In this document: positions 1 to 8,624 of the stretch, piece by piece
Numbering within the stretch: the first letter of the stretch is position 1
Layout of the letters: each line of letters begins with the position of its first letter
From: a virus
Lineage: Duplodnaviria; Caudoviricetes
Direction: 5' to 3' (one strand)
Virus record (IMG/VR): IMGVR_UViG_3300020181_000001
Span: 1 to 60,099 of that record
DNA: 60,099 nt
Notes under the pieces: model-generated
Databases searched by the model: none
What the model saw: only the letters and a program-made list of their open reading frames with translations
What the model was told of the DNA's origin: nothing
Made by a program: the position numbers and the translations under genes

Positions 1-127
1 CCTTTGACACGCTCGAACTTACGCCCCATGGGAATTTCAGCCACACGGCCAGGACCTAACAGCCAGTTGGTCTTTTGCTTGGTCAGTGGATCGGTGGGAG
101 GAGGAGCATCCGTCCAGTAGAAACCCA
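1..127. repeat. Terminal direct repeat, copy 1 (assembly overlap of a circular contig)
   Basis: 1-127 is identical to 59973-60099. 127 is a common assembler k-mer size, and the repeat lies inside the portal gene. Confidence 0.95.
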
Positions 128-1004
128 AGCCCTCCATTGCCAGGGCTAGCTCTTGGTCAGACACAGCCTGGTTAACACCGGCAATGACTCGTTCAATACC
201 ACGAAGCTCAGAAGAACCGAACGGGTTGTTCGGCTCATCAAAATTCTTGATGTGGTAAACCGGGAGAGATGTAATCCCATTGAGAGTTACCGGCGCAGTG
301 ATGACACGTACCGGAGAAGCCTCAGGGTCTTCCCACTCTTCTAAGTCATAAATGCCGTGCTCCATAGTGACGAACCCACCCTCAATAGGGTTGAAGTTCG
401 CATCCACTGCTTTCATATATGTCAATCGGGAAATAAAAGGCTTGTCACCCTCCATCACCTGATCGACAATACGGACACCGATGATCTTGTCCAGGTCGTT
501 CGGGTGCCACACGGGGAAGTACGACGCGGGATCGAGTGGTTCGATACTGATACGTGATCCCTGAGGCTTCAAGGGGTTGGCCTTGAGGTGCCAGAGCCAG
601 TCTCCCCGCATGATGCCGTAACGCTTGTTACCTGCGAACTTGGAACCGAAGCGTTCGCGGTTGCAGAAGTTCCTCATGAACTGCTTGGCTAAGATGGGAT
701 CAGTTCGAGTGCCACCGGTAAACAACGGGTCAGGCTCCATGCGGAAACTGAACTTTGTCGCAGTGTAACGGTTAACTGTTTCGATAATCGTCTTTGCGTT
801 CGGGATATAGATCGGACGTGACTCGGAAGAACGCGCAACAAGCTTGAACGTCTCGGGTACGTTCCAATAGATCTGCTCATACATCTGGTATGAGAGAATG
901 CGCTCCTGGTCTAGGGGATTCACAATCCATGTCGGTTTAGCAATGGGCTGAATGACAGAGATCGGGGCCAGGGGTTGCAGCGTTGAATAAGGCGTAAAAG
1001 CCAC
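1..1004 (-). CDS. Portal protein, 5' part (continues across the origin to 59417; about 519 aa in total)
   Basis: GTG at 1004 follows AGGAGGTG, directly after terL. It is in frame with the 59417..60016 ORF once the 127-bp overlap is collapsed (1004+556=1560 nt). Position between terminase and head genes. Confidence 0.85.
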   Translation of the reverse strand, partial: MAFTPYSTLQPLAPISVIQPIAKPTWIVNPLDQERILSYQMYEQIYWNVPETFKLVARSSESRPIYIPNAKTIIETVNRYTATKFSFRMEPDPLFTGGTRTDPILAKQFMRNFCNRERFGSKFAGNKRYGIMRGDWLWHLKANPLKPQGSRISIEPLDPASYFPVWHPNDLDKIIGVRIVDQVMEGDKPFISRLTYMKAVDANFNPIEGGFVTMEHGIYDLEEWEDPEASPVRVITAPVTLNGITSLPVYHIKNFDEPNNPFGSSELRGIERVIAGVNQAVSDQELALAMEGLGFYWTDAPPPTDPLTKQKTNWLLGPGRVAEIPMGRKFERVK

Positions 1005-1016
1005 CGTGTCACCTCC

Positions 1017-2408
1017 TTAGTATTGCGCGCGACTCACGCGGGATTCTTGCCCCATTAGGCTCTCAGACGGGATACCGAAGTATCCACGCATGAAGCGTCC
1101 TAGGGCCTCAACGGAGTGGTTATCCTTGTCAAGCGGTTTCTCTGAATCCGACTTGATTTCAGACTTGTGTTCGGGCCACCGGTAACCTTCACGACATTCC
1201 CAGCGAAGGTTGATACATGAACGGTTGAACCGGAGTTGTGCGTGGTCTTCGGGGTGCCGGGGAACCATACCGAAAATCTTCATGTTACGGGGCTTCAAGC
1301 CACGCCTAATGAGAGCATCTCGGATTTTGCGTTCCCCTCCCACGTTACCGCGCTGAGGAATCTTCAAGGTGTTCTCCAGAAGCAGTGAGTCCTCAGGCTC
1401 AGCCGGGTCTGGATAGAATGCGACAGCACGCCGGACCAATGCCCCGTCAATAGGATCATTTTTCAGGTCCATGGCGATGTCGAGTGTATCTTTCTGCTTC
1501 CATAACCGCTCACGCAGAACGTAAACGTTGTTCCATTCGTCTACCTGAATCCACAACCACACCCAGTAGTTGGTGAAACCGTAGTCGAGTGCGCCATAAA
1601 CAGGCCAACTAGGATTATAATTGAAGTCGTACGTGTGGTAATCGTCATCATACTCCTGCATGACAACGCCTACCTTGTCGACAAATTCCGCACCATATTG
1701 CCTACGAAATTCATCTTCAGTGAGGTCATCCTCAGCCTCAAGAATTTCAGGGTCTTGTCTACCCCCAGGAAAAACAAGGTTGTTCTCCCATGAGGGCGCG
1801 TGGAAAGTCATCCATGCTTTCTTACTCGGGTCTTTACCTCGCTCTGCGAGAGCCCAAAGAAGAGAGTTAGCGGACTTACCCTCAGGCACACCAGTGAAAG
1901 CAGCCCAACCTTTCTTATCTGAAAGTGTGGGCCGGATGTACTGAGCCCAAGTGATCCTCTTGTGTAGACCTGCCTCTGCCATCAAAACAAAATCAAGACC
2001 ATCACCGACTAGTTTTTCAGGGTGCTCTGCACTCTTCCCTAGTAGTTCAAATCCCCACTCTGTCTTGATGTGCATAGAGCCAGAGTCAACGTTCTTCTGA
2101 AATTTGATAGCGTCTTTGTCGATGCCTAGCTTCCTAAGCGAGTCATAGACAACCGCGAACTCTTTTTCAGCGTGAACATAGTTAGGGCCGACAATCCAAC
2201 CTAACTGCGGACCACCATTAATCCCTCGCGAGGGGACAAACGCACAAGGCTCAATTTCTTTCCCTCCCCAAAGCGTCTTCCCGTATCGACGTCCACACGG
2301 GACAACCTTGAAGCGGGAGGGGGTGTAATGCAGTTTCTTTTGTCCTTCGTGAGGCTCATACCCTGTTTGCGCGTAGTACAGGTCTTTACGGAACACCTTT
2401 AGCGACAC
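1017..2408 (-). CDS. terL: Terminase large subunit
   Basis: Walker A VVPCGRRYGKT, GDGLDFVLMAEA Walker B region, FRRQYGAEF, C-terminal nuclease motifs ALDYG and KDNH; precedes the portal. Confidence 0.95.
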   Translation of the reverse strand: MSLKVFRKDLYYAQTGYEPHEGQKKLHYTPSRFKVVPCGRRYGKTLWGGKEIEPCAFVPSRGINGGPQLGWIVGPNYVHAEKEFAVVYDSLRKLGIDKDAIKFQKNVDSGSMHIKTEWGFELLGKSAEHPEKLVGDGLDFVLMAEAGLHKRITWAQYIRPTLSDKKGWAAFTGVPEGKSANSLLWALAERGKDPSKKAWMTFHAPSWENNLVFPGGRQDPEILEAEDDLTEDEFRRQYGAEFVDKVGVVMQEYDDDYHTYDFNYNPSWPVYGALDYGFTNYWVWLWIQVDEWNNVYVLRERLWKQKDTLDIAMDLKNDPIDGALVRRAVAFYPDPAEPEDSLLLENTLKIPQRGNVGGERKIRDALIRRGLKPRNMKIFGMVPRHPEDHAQLRFNRSCINLRWECREGYRWPEHKSEIKSDSEKPLDKDNHSVEALGRFMRGYFGIPSESLMGQESRVSRAQY

Positions 2409-2419
2409 AGGGCACCTCC

Positions 2420-2617
2420 CTAAGACTCAGGACACGGCGGTAAACCGGGGTCCAACCTGATGACTGAGTCATCTCTGAAGCCGAATTCGAACTGTCCTCC
2501 CTGGTGACCTCCATCAGGCACGTCATCAGGGTCAATCTCGTCACTGTCGTACGGTAAATGGTCTACACTCCACAGGAGTAGTCCCATAAACCGGTATTCT
2601 CTGCGACCGTAGGTCAT
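2420..2617 (-). CDS. Hypothetical protein
   Basis: ORF with a GGGAG RBS, packed between terS and terL. Confidence 0.6.
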   Translation of the reverse strand: MTYGRREYRFMGLLLWSVDHLPYDSDEIDPDDVPDGGHQGGQFEFGFRDDSVIRLDPGLPPCPES

Positions 2618-2626
2618 GGTGCTCCC

Positions 2627-2854
2627 CTAACTGATCGCGTCAGTCTCCGGAATAATCTGCTCATCGATCGGGTTAATGCCGTCGACATAACCCACTGCCG
2701 GATCACTGGCATAGATCATCCACAGCATTTCGCGCGGGTGGTCCTGTACGTCGTGTGGAGCAGGCTGGATTAGTCCGGGTACTCCACCGTACTCAGTCGC
2801 TAACGGGAAGTCTGGGGGCAGCTCAGACGGGTTCTTGATTACCATGAAGTACAC
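2627..2854 (-). CDS. Hypothetical protein
   Basis: AGGAG RBS, tightly packed. Confidence 0.6.
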   Translation of the reverse strand: MYFMVIKNPSELPPDFPLATEYGGVPGLIQPAPHDVQDHPREMLWMIYASDPAVGYVDGINPIDEQIIPETDAIS

Positions 2855-3122
2855 CTCCTACTGCTTTGATGAAGGCTTCAGCCTCTTCCAGGTCTTGCAT
2901 GGTCAAGATACCTTTGTTGATCAATGCTGTACGCACGACCGGATCAAAAGGCAAGTGTGACGAACTGATAACAGGTCCAGATGTGTTATCTGGCAGGCCG
3001 ATTGAAGGCTCTTCCTTTTTCTTGAGGAAATCAGTATTGACATCTGTTCCCTCAGGAGTGAATGGGTGCCTCAGCTTCTTGTGTGCCTCTTCCGGCTGAC
3101 TGCACATTTTACAGTTCATCAT
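2823..3122 (-). CDS. Hypothetical protein with N-terminal CxxC...H...H motif
   Basis: Likely start MMNCKMC overlapping the end of terS; the ORF-track start at 3203 overlaps terS too far. Confidence 0.55.
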   Translation of the reverse strand: MMNCKMCSQPEEAHKKLRHPFTPEGTDVNTDFLKKKEEPSIGLPDNTSGPVISSSHLPFDPVVRTALINKGILTMQDLEEAEAFIKAVGGVLHGNQEPV

Positions 3123-3684
3123 CGTCATCCTCCTCCTCGACAACTTCGCCCTCAATGAAGTTCTCCACACCAGGATACGATGGAGTGCCATCCGGATTGA
3201 CAATGACCGCGTTCATCAAGAAAGATACCTTGTGGTTGATTTCGGCTTCTACCTTTGCAATAGGAGCACCAACCGTCTGGTCGAGAATGTATTTCGCAGC
3301 AGCGAACTTGGTGGCAGCCGGAGTTACAGGTTTCCCATTCTCATCGAACTCATCATCGTTCATCAGCCGATGCATCAATGCAATGGCGTCTTCAGCCATT
3401 TCACGAATGTTGTCATTGACCAATTGCTTGTGCCGCTTACGCACTTGGGCAAGTACTTCTTCGGTAATCCATTTCGGTCGCGGACCACGTGTGAATTTAC
3501 CATCCAAGCCTTTGGGTTTACCTCGCGCAAGCTCTTGAAGGTCCCATTCTTCAATAGGCTTCCAGCCATTGTCTTCAATGAGAGCGTCAACAGCTTTCTT
3601 GCTTTTTGGGTTGACCTTTTTTGCGCGTGCCATTCGTGCATGAGGACGATCGGATCTTGGGTTGCCATTATTGAATTCAGACAT
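3109..3684 (-). CDS. terS: Terminase small subunit (putative)
   Basis: First gene after a strong promoter and upstream of terL; helical ...ATKFAAAKYILDQTVG...KVE segment and acidic tail typical of small terminases. Confidence 0.7.
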   Translation of the reverse strand: MSEFNNGNPRSDRPHARMARAKKVNPKSKKAVDALIEDNGWKPIEEWDLQELARGKPKGLDGKFTRGPRPKWITEEVLAQVRKRHKQLVNDNIREMAEDAIALMHRLMNDDEFDENGKPVTPAATKFAAAKYILDQTVGAPIAKVEAEINHKVSFLMNAVIVNPDGTPSYPGVENFIEGEVVEEEDDDDEL

Positions 3685-3719
3685 TGTGAACCCCTACTCT
3701 GGAGAGGTGAAAGAGGAAA

Positions 3720-3833
3720 CCTAGACGGGAGCTGCGATAGGACACGCGCCAAAGGTTCAACCCTTTTCGAGGAGGAAAAAAGGGTGCGCGAAACTAGCGC
3801 TCTGTAGGCCAGGGCCTACTGGGACCGTCTAGG
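3720..3833 (-). promoter_or_regulatory. Structured 5' leader of the terS/structural operon
   Basis: CCTAGACGG (3720-3728) pairs with CCGTCTAGG (3825-3833) and encloses further stems. Confidence 0.55.
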
Positions 3834-3846
3834 CTCCACGTGCGCG

Positions 3847-3875
3847 ATAGTACGGGGAGATTGATCGCATGTCAA
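3847..3875 (-). promoter_or_regulatory. Housekeeping-sigma promoter of the packaging/structural operon
   Basis: TTGACA-17 bp-TACTAT. Confidence 0.8.
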
Positions 3876-3927
3876 TGAGCCGTGCGTGTCCTGCTCATAC
3901 GCACAGCTCAGAGACCTTGACAGCGAC

Positions 3928-4194
3928 CTACCGCATGTGCTTCCTCCTGGGTGGGCGGTAGGCCTGAACCTTGACGGCTGACCTGATCTCCTCATCAGGA
4001 TCAACCGGCCACACGATAGTTCGGACGTCGCTACTCGTGATCTGCGCGTCCACTAGACGACTCATCGGTCCATCGGGAGGGAGCAAGCCCAACCACTGTC
4101 CCATCTTCCTGTACCTCGAAGATACCGCTTGGGCCAAGGCTGACCCTACCCATTGAAGACCCTTCACGTACATCCTGAGTCTCAGTCTCATCAA
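3928..4194 (-). CDS. Hypothetical protein
   Basis: ORF in the tiled minus-strand gene run; start uncertain. Confidence 0.4.
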   Translation of the reverse strand: MMRLRLRMYVKGLQWVGSALAQAVSSRYRKMGQWLGLLPPDGPMSRLVDAQITSSDVRTIVWPVDPDEEIRSAVKVQAYRPPRRKHMR

Positions 4195-4241
4195 ATGTCA
4201 GTCCTTTACAATGGGCTTCAATAGCCTTCCACACACCCCAT

Positions 4242-4634
4242 TCAGCCAGCAGCCAAAGGCCCAGTAGCAGGATCAGTAAGCTGAAGAGCCACCACATCAT
4301 TGATTGTCTTGCCTCCAAGCTGTTCTAGAAGGTGATGAAGATCCGGCCACATTTTTAATAGCTCGACTCTCCGGTTACGATCCATGACGAACTGATTGAC
4401 TACCTTGTTCGCGTTGTGGAGGGTCTGAGAAAGCGTGTCCTGTTCAATGGCCGTTGCCGTAATAGCTTCAACCTGAACAGGCTCCATTGTAGTTTTGAGG
4501 GCAAACTCCATCAGCTTCGCCCACTCAGCCGCAGGGTAGGGCTCATGCCGAGTGTAGGTGACAAAGACACCTACTGTATTAACCTTAGGCTCGACTACCT
4601 TTACTTGTGGAGTCTCATCCTTCATGGAGGTCAT
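4242..4634 (-). CDS. Hypothetical protein
   Basis: RBS and tiled overlap with neighbours. Confidence 0.6.
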   Translation of the reverse strand: MTSMKDETPQVKVVEPKVNTVGVFVTYTRHEPYPAAEWAKLMEFALKTTMEPVQVEAITATAIEQDTLSQTLHNANKVVNQFVMDRNRRVELLKMWPDLHHLLEQLGGKTINDVVALQLTDPATGPLAAG

Positions 4635-4815
4635 ACCCGTTCTCCTTTAGTAATCTATAGAGGTGCGCAGCTTGACGCGGCATCTCAACTTCATGCCAAA
4701 GCTCATAAAACAAATCAAGCATCATTTTACGCTCAACCATCAAACGATCAATGCTGTCTTTTTGACGTTTATTAGCTTCTTGCATTTTAGTCGCTTGTTC
4801 TAAGGGACTTGGCAC
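4615..4815 (-). CDS. Hypothetical protein
   Basis: GGAGG RBS, tiled. Confidence 0.6.
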   Translation of the reverse strand: MPSPLEQATKMQEANKRQKDSIDRLMVERKMMLDLFYELWHEVEMPRQAAHLYRLLKENGYDLHEG

Positions 4816-5713
4816 TCTTAATCGCCTCCTTTTCCATCAGCTTGATTACCTCATCCGGCGTGTCCATGTAGCTGTAGCAGTCGACAAAGACCGCGTAAGC
4901 GATAACAGCTCCGCGCATCTTAGCACGTGCTAATTGAAGACGGGCTGGATCAATGTGCTCAGTATGGTAGCGCAACACGGTCTTAGCCATTTTGACGACC
5001 TCGAACCACATGCGGTCCCGGATCGTCCCAGTAGGCTTACCCGGCGCGTAGATCAGTGGATCACGCTCAAAGTAGCGGAGATCCTTCTCTCGCTCCCTGT
5101 CGCTGTACGTCATGATCCTCCTCGCGATCGGTGTCCCGTTAGAACCTCCTAACCCTAAAGGAGGGGTGATCCCAGCTAACTCATCTAACCTAGTGTACGC
5201 GTTCCACGTGTGGATGTCACCACACAACTCGGATGCCAAGAATTCTTCCGCAGTCTTGAACGGCCAGTGCTTACCCTTTTTGAACCACTCACGCCTCCGC
5301 AAGTTGTCCCACTGAACCACACACTTCAACGTCAAGGGCCACTGTCCAGGCTTCCTGGGCATTACATTCATAGCCTCACGAGCTAGCTCATGTGGGTCCC
5401 GCTTGGCTAACCGCCACTGGAGTAAAGCATTGGTAATGATTGCCTTCTGAAGAGTATCCAACGTGCCCGGGTACTCTCCTAGCTTGACTTGGGCTTTCCA
5501 GGCGAGTGTCTCCAATGCCAGAGGAGTACCATAGCGTTTATCCACAGGAGCCACGTAAGGCCGTCCAGTGTGGTCTACGAACTCCCTAAGCTCGTACCCG
5601 TCCCACAGGTTCGACTGCTCGCCACTCACCATGTCCCCAGTGCATGAACTCTCCGTGGACTGGACAGGTAAAGACTTCTCCAAGCTCTGAAATGCTGCTA
5701 TAGATTTGTCCAT
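4787..5713 (-). CDS. Hypothetical protein (about 308 aa)
   Basis: Long ORF; probable start MDKSIAAF at 5713; no motif recognised. Confidence 0.65.
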   Translation of the reverse strand: MDKSIAAFQSLEKSLPVQSTESSCTGDMVSGEQSNLWDGYELREFVDHTGRPYVAPVDKRYGTPLALETLAWKAQVKLGEYPGTLDTLQKAIITNALLQWRLAKRDPHELAREAMNVMPRKPGQWPLTLKCVVQWDNLRRREWFKKGKHWPFKTAEEFLASELCGDIHTWNAYTRLDELAGITPPLGLGGSNGTPIARRIMTYSDREREKDLRYFERDPLIYAPGKPTGTIRDRMWFEVVKMAKTVLRYHTEHIDPARLQLARAKMRGAVIAYAVFVDCYSYMDTPDEVIKLMEKEAIKSAKSLRTSD

Positions 5714-5787
5714 TCTGGTCCCTTTGTGCCTCTGTCTGTCGATAAGTCGTTTCAAACATCCACGTGCAACGGCAGTCCATAACGCTC

Positions 5788-6024
5788 CTAAATGTGCTGT
5801 TGTGTATGCTGATAAACCCAACGAAGGAATTCAGTTACCTTGTTGTCGTCACTGAACGGGTCAAACTCAGTACCTCGAATCTGATCAGCTAAATCAGGTC
5901 GTGTGTTATACAGGCCATTGAAATAAGCTTGCCCGCGTCTCTGCTCAGGATGGTGCACAAAATAACGGTACATAATCCCGAACAGTCGATCGTATTCTGT
6001 CACACTTCCGCCTTTGAAGTCCAA
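5788..6024 (-). CDS. Hypothetical phage protein
   Basis: PEQRRGQAYFN...DPF motif resembling small phage proteins; start may be GTG 6003. Confidence 0.65.
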   Translation of the reverse strand: MDFKGGSVTEYDRLFGIMYRYFVHHPEQRRGQAYFNGLYNTRPDLADQIRGTEFDPFSDDNKVTEFLRWVYQHTQQHI

Positions 6025-6248
6025 TCAATCATCTCCTGAGTGTTCTCGTAAAGATACCAGGAAAATTCAACCTCCGCTGTGTATTTGGAAAAGTGTTGTG
6101 CTGCTTTAGCGATTGCATATGCGCAAGCTTGATTGATTCTACCGTCTAGGTCATCAAGACTTCCTGACCAGGACATGGCATCACCCACACGTACACGAGC
6201 GTGGTTGACTATAAAGTTCATTCCGATGAGCAAAACGTAATTATTCAT
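6000..6248 (-). CDS. Hypothetical protein
   Basis: ATGA overlap with the upstream gene. Confidence 0.6.
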   Translation of the reverse strand: MNNYVLLIGMNFIVNHARVRVGDAMSWSGSLDDLDGRINQACAYAIAKAAQHFSKYTAEVEFSWYLYENTQEMIDWTSKAEV

Positions 6249-6439
6249 GCTGTCTCCCGTGGCCTGTAATGAGCATCAATCTCGCGTTCAACCGCGTCGC
6301 ATGCTCCTTTATAAGAATTAGAGTTAAGGCCTGTAACTTCGACATGTAGATTGCCCAATGCATCCACCCTGCCAATCTCCCATGCCCAAAAAACAAGCCC
6401 TAACGTCTTTCTTCCAAAAATATGAACGTGATATTCCAT
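6245..6439 (-). CDS. Hypothetical protein
   Basis: Start MEYHVH coupled to the upstream stop (TAATG). Confidence 0.55.
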   Translation of the reverse strand: MEYHVHIFGRKTLGLVFWAWEIGRVDALGNLHVEVTGLNSNSYKGACDAVEREIDAHYRPRETA

Positions 6440-6630
6440 TACAAGGCCTTTCCTCTGTTGAGGAGATCGGCGTACATTTTGGCACCAATTGTGGATTTCC
6501 ACACAAGGGGTGACCCTTTACCGCGTTCGTCGTTCTGAACCTCGTGCCCTCTTCGTAGCAGGAAAAGCAACCGTTCACCCTCGAACTTCCCAACCATGAT
6601 CTTGCCCTTGAACTTGAATGCCTTGTACAT
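6439..6630 (-). CDS. Hypothetical protein
   Basis: AGGAGGTG RBS before MYKAFK; has its own promoter. Confidence 0.65.
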   Translation of the reverse strand: MYKAFKFKGKIMVGKFEGERLLFLLRRGHEVQNDERGKGSPLVWKSTIGAKMYADLLNRGKAL

Positions 6631-6661
6631 CGTGTCACCTCCTGAACTGGTTGTGTGGCCC

Positions 6662-6712
6662 ACCTTACGCTCAGATGGGCCACACGTCTAGAGGCTGTGA
6701 TCAGGTTGTTAC
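6662..6712 (-). promoter_or_regulatory. Promoter with upstream GTnAC-N6-GTnAC-type box
   Basis: GTAAC-AACCTG-ATCAC, 6 bp, TAGACG-17-TAAGGT. Confidence 0.7.
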
Positions 6713-7891
6713 TTACGGGTTGACAGCAGTTCCTCTGCCGTCGACACAGTTGGAGCAGTACCGGTAGTTGTTGCTCCACTGTGCCCAGCCCACACCAGAC
6801 GGGGTAGCAGTGGGACCATATTCAGTCCATCGGAACCGGTTGTTAATGGCCTTCATATTACTATAAACGCCACCACGGTTTTCTAAATAGAGGTTATAGC
6901 CCCCACCTTCAAGATAGTTGTCTTGGACTGTGCCGTTGTGGATATCAGACCAAGTGGGCTGAATGAACAGCGCACCACTTTGCCATCCATTGGTGTTCAC
7001 CGGAGTAGAGTCGAGTCTGTTGCCGATGAACTTCACTGTACGGGTGTTGGCCGCATTCTTGCGGAAATCCCGGATAGTCGCTCCGTCGTGATGAGCTTCT
7101 CCGGTGTGGCGCAGTCCGCGAACGTAATTGTTTTCTGCGTACGCGTCGTGCACTGTACCGGTCTCAAAGAAAGCAATACCCGAACCCATTCCATGCACAT
7201 AGTTGCGGTACAACTTTCCGACACCGATGAAACCGTCTGAACCTCCAAGGGCATTGTCTGCCGGAAGGCTCAGACCATTGATCTCAGAATCCTTGATGAC
7301 GACATTGCCAACTGATGTTGCTCTGCATCCACTCGTGCAGTCAGTAGTTGTCACCAGGTAGTCATTGTGCTCGCCTACTCTGGTCGGCTTGATGCAGGAC
7401 TGATCGATCGTAATGTCACCATTGTAGAGATTCAGCGGTACTGTAATTCTCTGCCGATAAATGACCGTACCTCGCGCCGGACGCTGAGGACCGGTATACG
7501 GCTGAAGCTGGTCACACACCAATCCGTGTGGGGCCAGACCGATGTTTTGTGCTGTCAGCTCCCACCCTTTCCGCACGCCCGTAACAGGAGGCTGTGTTGT
7601 GGTGGTGGTCGTCGGCACCGTGGTTGTAGTAGTCGTAGGAGACGCTGTAACGGTCTCAGTCTTCGTGTGAGTCACCGTACTCGGCGACGGCCACGTTAGC
7701 TGCTTACAGACCTTGTCAGCCCCGTCTACGAACTCTCCCTCAGGACACCACACACCACGGTCGCCCGGATTTGGCAGCACAGTTTGTGCTACTACCGGAG
7801 CAACAAAAAACCCCATCGGCAACAGCACTGAGGCTGCTACTAATGGGGCGAATCTCTTTACCTTTTCTCTGATCATCACTCTTCCTTTCAT
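6713..7891 (-). CDS. Secreted protein: signal peptide, Thr/Pro linker, probable right-handed beta-helix (pectin lyase-like) domain
   Basis: Basic-hydrophobic N-terminus ending VVAQ, TTTT linker, repeated IxxN/VxDN strands (ITIDQSCI, VIKDSEING, AENNYV, VQDNYL, AINNRF). Confidence 0.7.
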   Translation of the reverse strand: MKGRVMIREKVKRFAPLVAASVLLPMGFFVAPVVAQTVLPNPGDRGVWCPEGEFVDGADKVCKQLTWPSPSTVTHTKTETVTASPTTTTTTVPTTTTTTQPPVTGVRKGWELTAQNIGLAPHGLVCDQLQPYTGPQRPARGTVIYRQRITVPLNLYNGDITIDQSCIKPTRVGEHNDYLVTTTDCTSGCRATSVGNVVIKDSEINGLSLPADNALGGSDGFIGVGKLYRNYVHGMGSGIAFFETGTVHDAYAENNYVRGLRHTGEAHHDGATIRDFRKNAANTRTVKFIGNRLDSTPVNTNGWQSGALFIQPTWSDIHNGTVQDNYLEGGGYNLYLENRGGVYSNMKAINNRFRWTEYGPTATPSGVGWAQWSNNYRYCSNCVDGRGTAVNP

Positions 7892-7907
7892 TCAACATTT
7901 GGAAAGA

Positions 7908-7936
7908 CCCCCTCATGCACGGGAGACATGAGGGGG
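7908..7936 (-). terminator. Intrinsic terminator-like hairpin closing the RNA operon
   Basis: 10-bp stem CCCCCTCATG/CATGAGGGGG followed by TCTTT on the minus strand. Confidence 0.7.
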
Positions 7937-8197
7937 CCTGGTAAGCGAGGTGGTTGTTTCCAGGTCAGCCGTACACCGTGGTCCGGAACCGTGCCCTTAC
8001 CGCAACACCAATAACGGCCGTCACCGTTAAAGGAAAGGTTGCGACCCTTTCACCTCAAGCATTTAATTAGGTGTCCGCCTAAAACCACTTACGGACTCAC
8101 TCGCCCCTAGTGCTCTTCACGCCTATGCCGGAATCCGGGTGTTAATGTTTCCATCAACAGACGCTATACACTCGTGACCTATTACGAGCTTTCCCCT
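7937..8197 (-). ncRNA. Putative structured ncRNA downstream of tRNA-Asn
   Basis: No ORF of 60 aa or more; consecutive stems including TGTTGATG-GAAA-CATTAACA, CTCGT/ACGAG, GTCCG/CGGAC, CACCT/AGGTG, TAACGG/CCGTTA, CCTGG/CCAGG. Confidence 0.5.
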
Positions 8198-8199
8198 TG

Positions 8200-8272
8200 C
8201 TCCCACACCAGGGCTCGAACCTGGGACTTACGGATTAACAATCCGCTACTCTGCCAACTGAGTTATGTGGGA
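8200..8272 (-). tRNA. tRNA-Asn(GTT)
   Basis: TCCCACA/TGTGGGA acceptor, ACTC/GAGT D-stem, GCGGA-TT-GTT-AA-TCCGT anticodon arm, CCAGG-TTCGAGC-CCTGG T-arm, G73. Confidence 0.95.
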
Positions 8273-8278
8273 TTAGGC

Positions 8279-8364
8279 CCGGGTACCGACTCAAACGGTT
8301 GTAGTTGTCAGCTTTCTAGTTACAGCGCTTAACAACCAGCGGTCTTGTTGCGTTCCGCACCCGG
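8279..8364 (-). ncRNA. tRNA-like element A
   Basis: CCGGGT/ACCCGG closing stem, T-arm-like ACCG-TTTGAGT-CGGT and extra arms; no canonical anticodon arm. Confidence 0.5.
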
Positions 8365-8409
8365 TAGTTCCTCCTCTTCCGCGCAACCGAATCGGGAGAA
8401 ACCGTTTAG

Positions 8410-8481
8410 ATGGGGAGAGTAGCCCATATGTATACGCTACTGTTAAAGAGGTCTCTGCCTTACGGCCGTGAGTCTCCCCAT
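8410..8481 (-). ncRNA. tRNA-like cloverleaf element B
   Basis: 9-bp ATGGGGAGA/TCTCCCCAT stem enclosing GCC-GTAA-GGC, AGAG/CTCT and GTAGC/GCTAC arms; 72 nt. Confidence 0.55.
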
Positions 8482-8492
8482 TAAGTTATAGG

Positions 8493-8551
8493 TGGTCCAG
8501 TATCTCCCCCTGAACCAAGGGATTTCCAGGAGGTCTTAACCTGCATCTGGA
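8493..8551 (-). ncRNA. Mini tRNA-like element C with encoded CCA
   Basis: TCCAG/CTGGA stem followed by CCA; internal AGGT-TAAG-ACCT and CCCTTG/CAGGGG hairpins. Confidence 0.45.
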
Positions 8552-8555
8552 GGCG

Positions 8556-8624
8556 CACCAGGTGAAGGAATCGAACCCTCTCCTAAGACTTTGGAGGTCT
8601 CTTGGCTACCTTAGCCTACCTGAT
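8556..8624 (-). tRNA. tRNA-Trp(CCA), atypical short D-region
   Basis: ATCAGGT/ACCTGGT acceptor, GAGAC-CT-CCA-AA-GTCTT anticodon arm, GAGGG-TTCGATT-CCTTC T-arm, G73. Confidence 0.85.

Noticed and set aside
1-127. Biological terminal repeat
   Set aside because: It is exactly 127 bp and falls mid-portal gene, so it is best explained as a k-mer assembly overlap.
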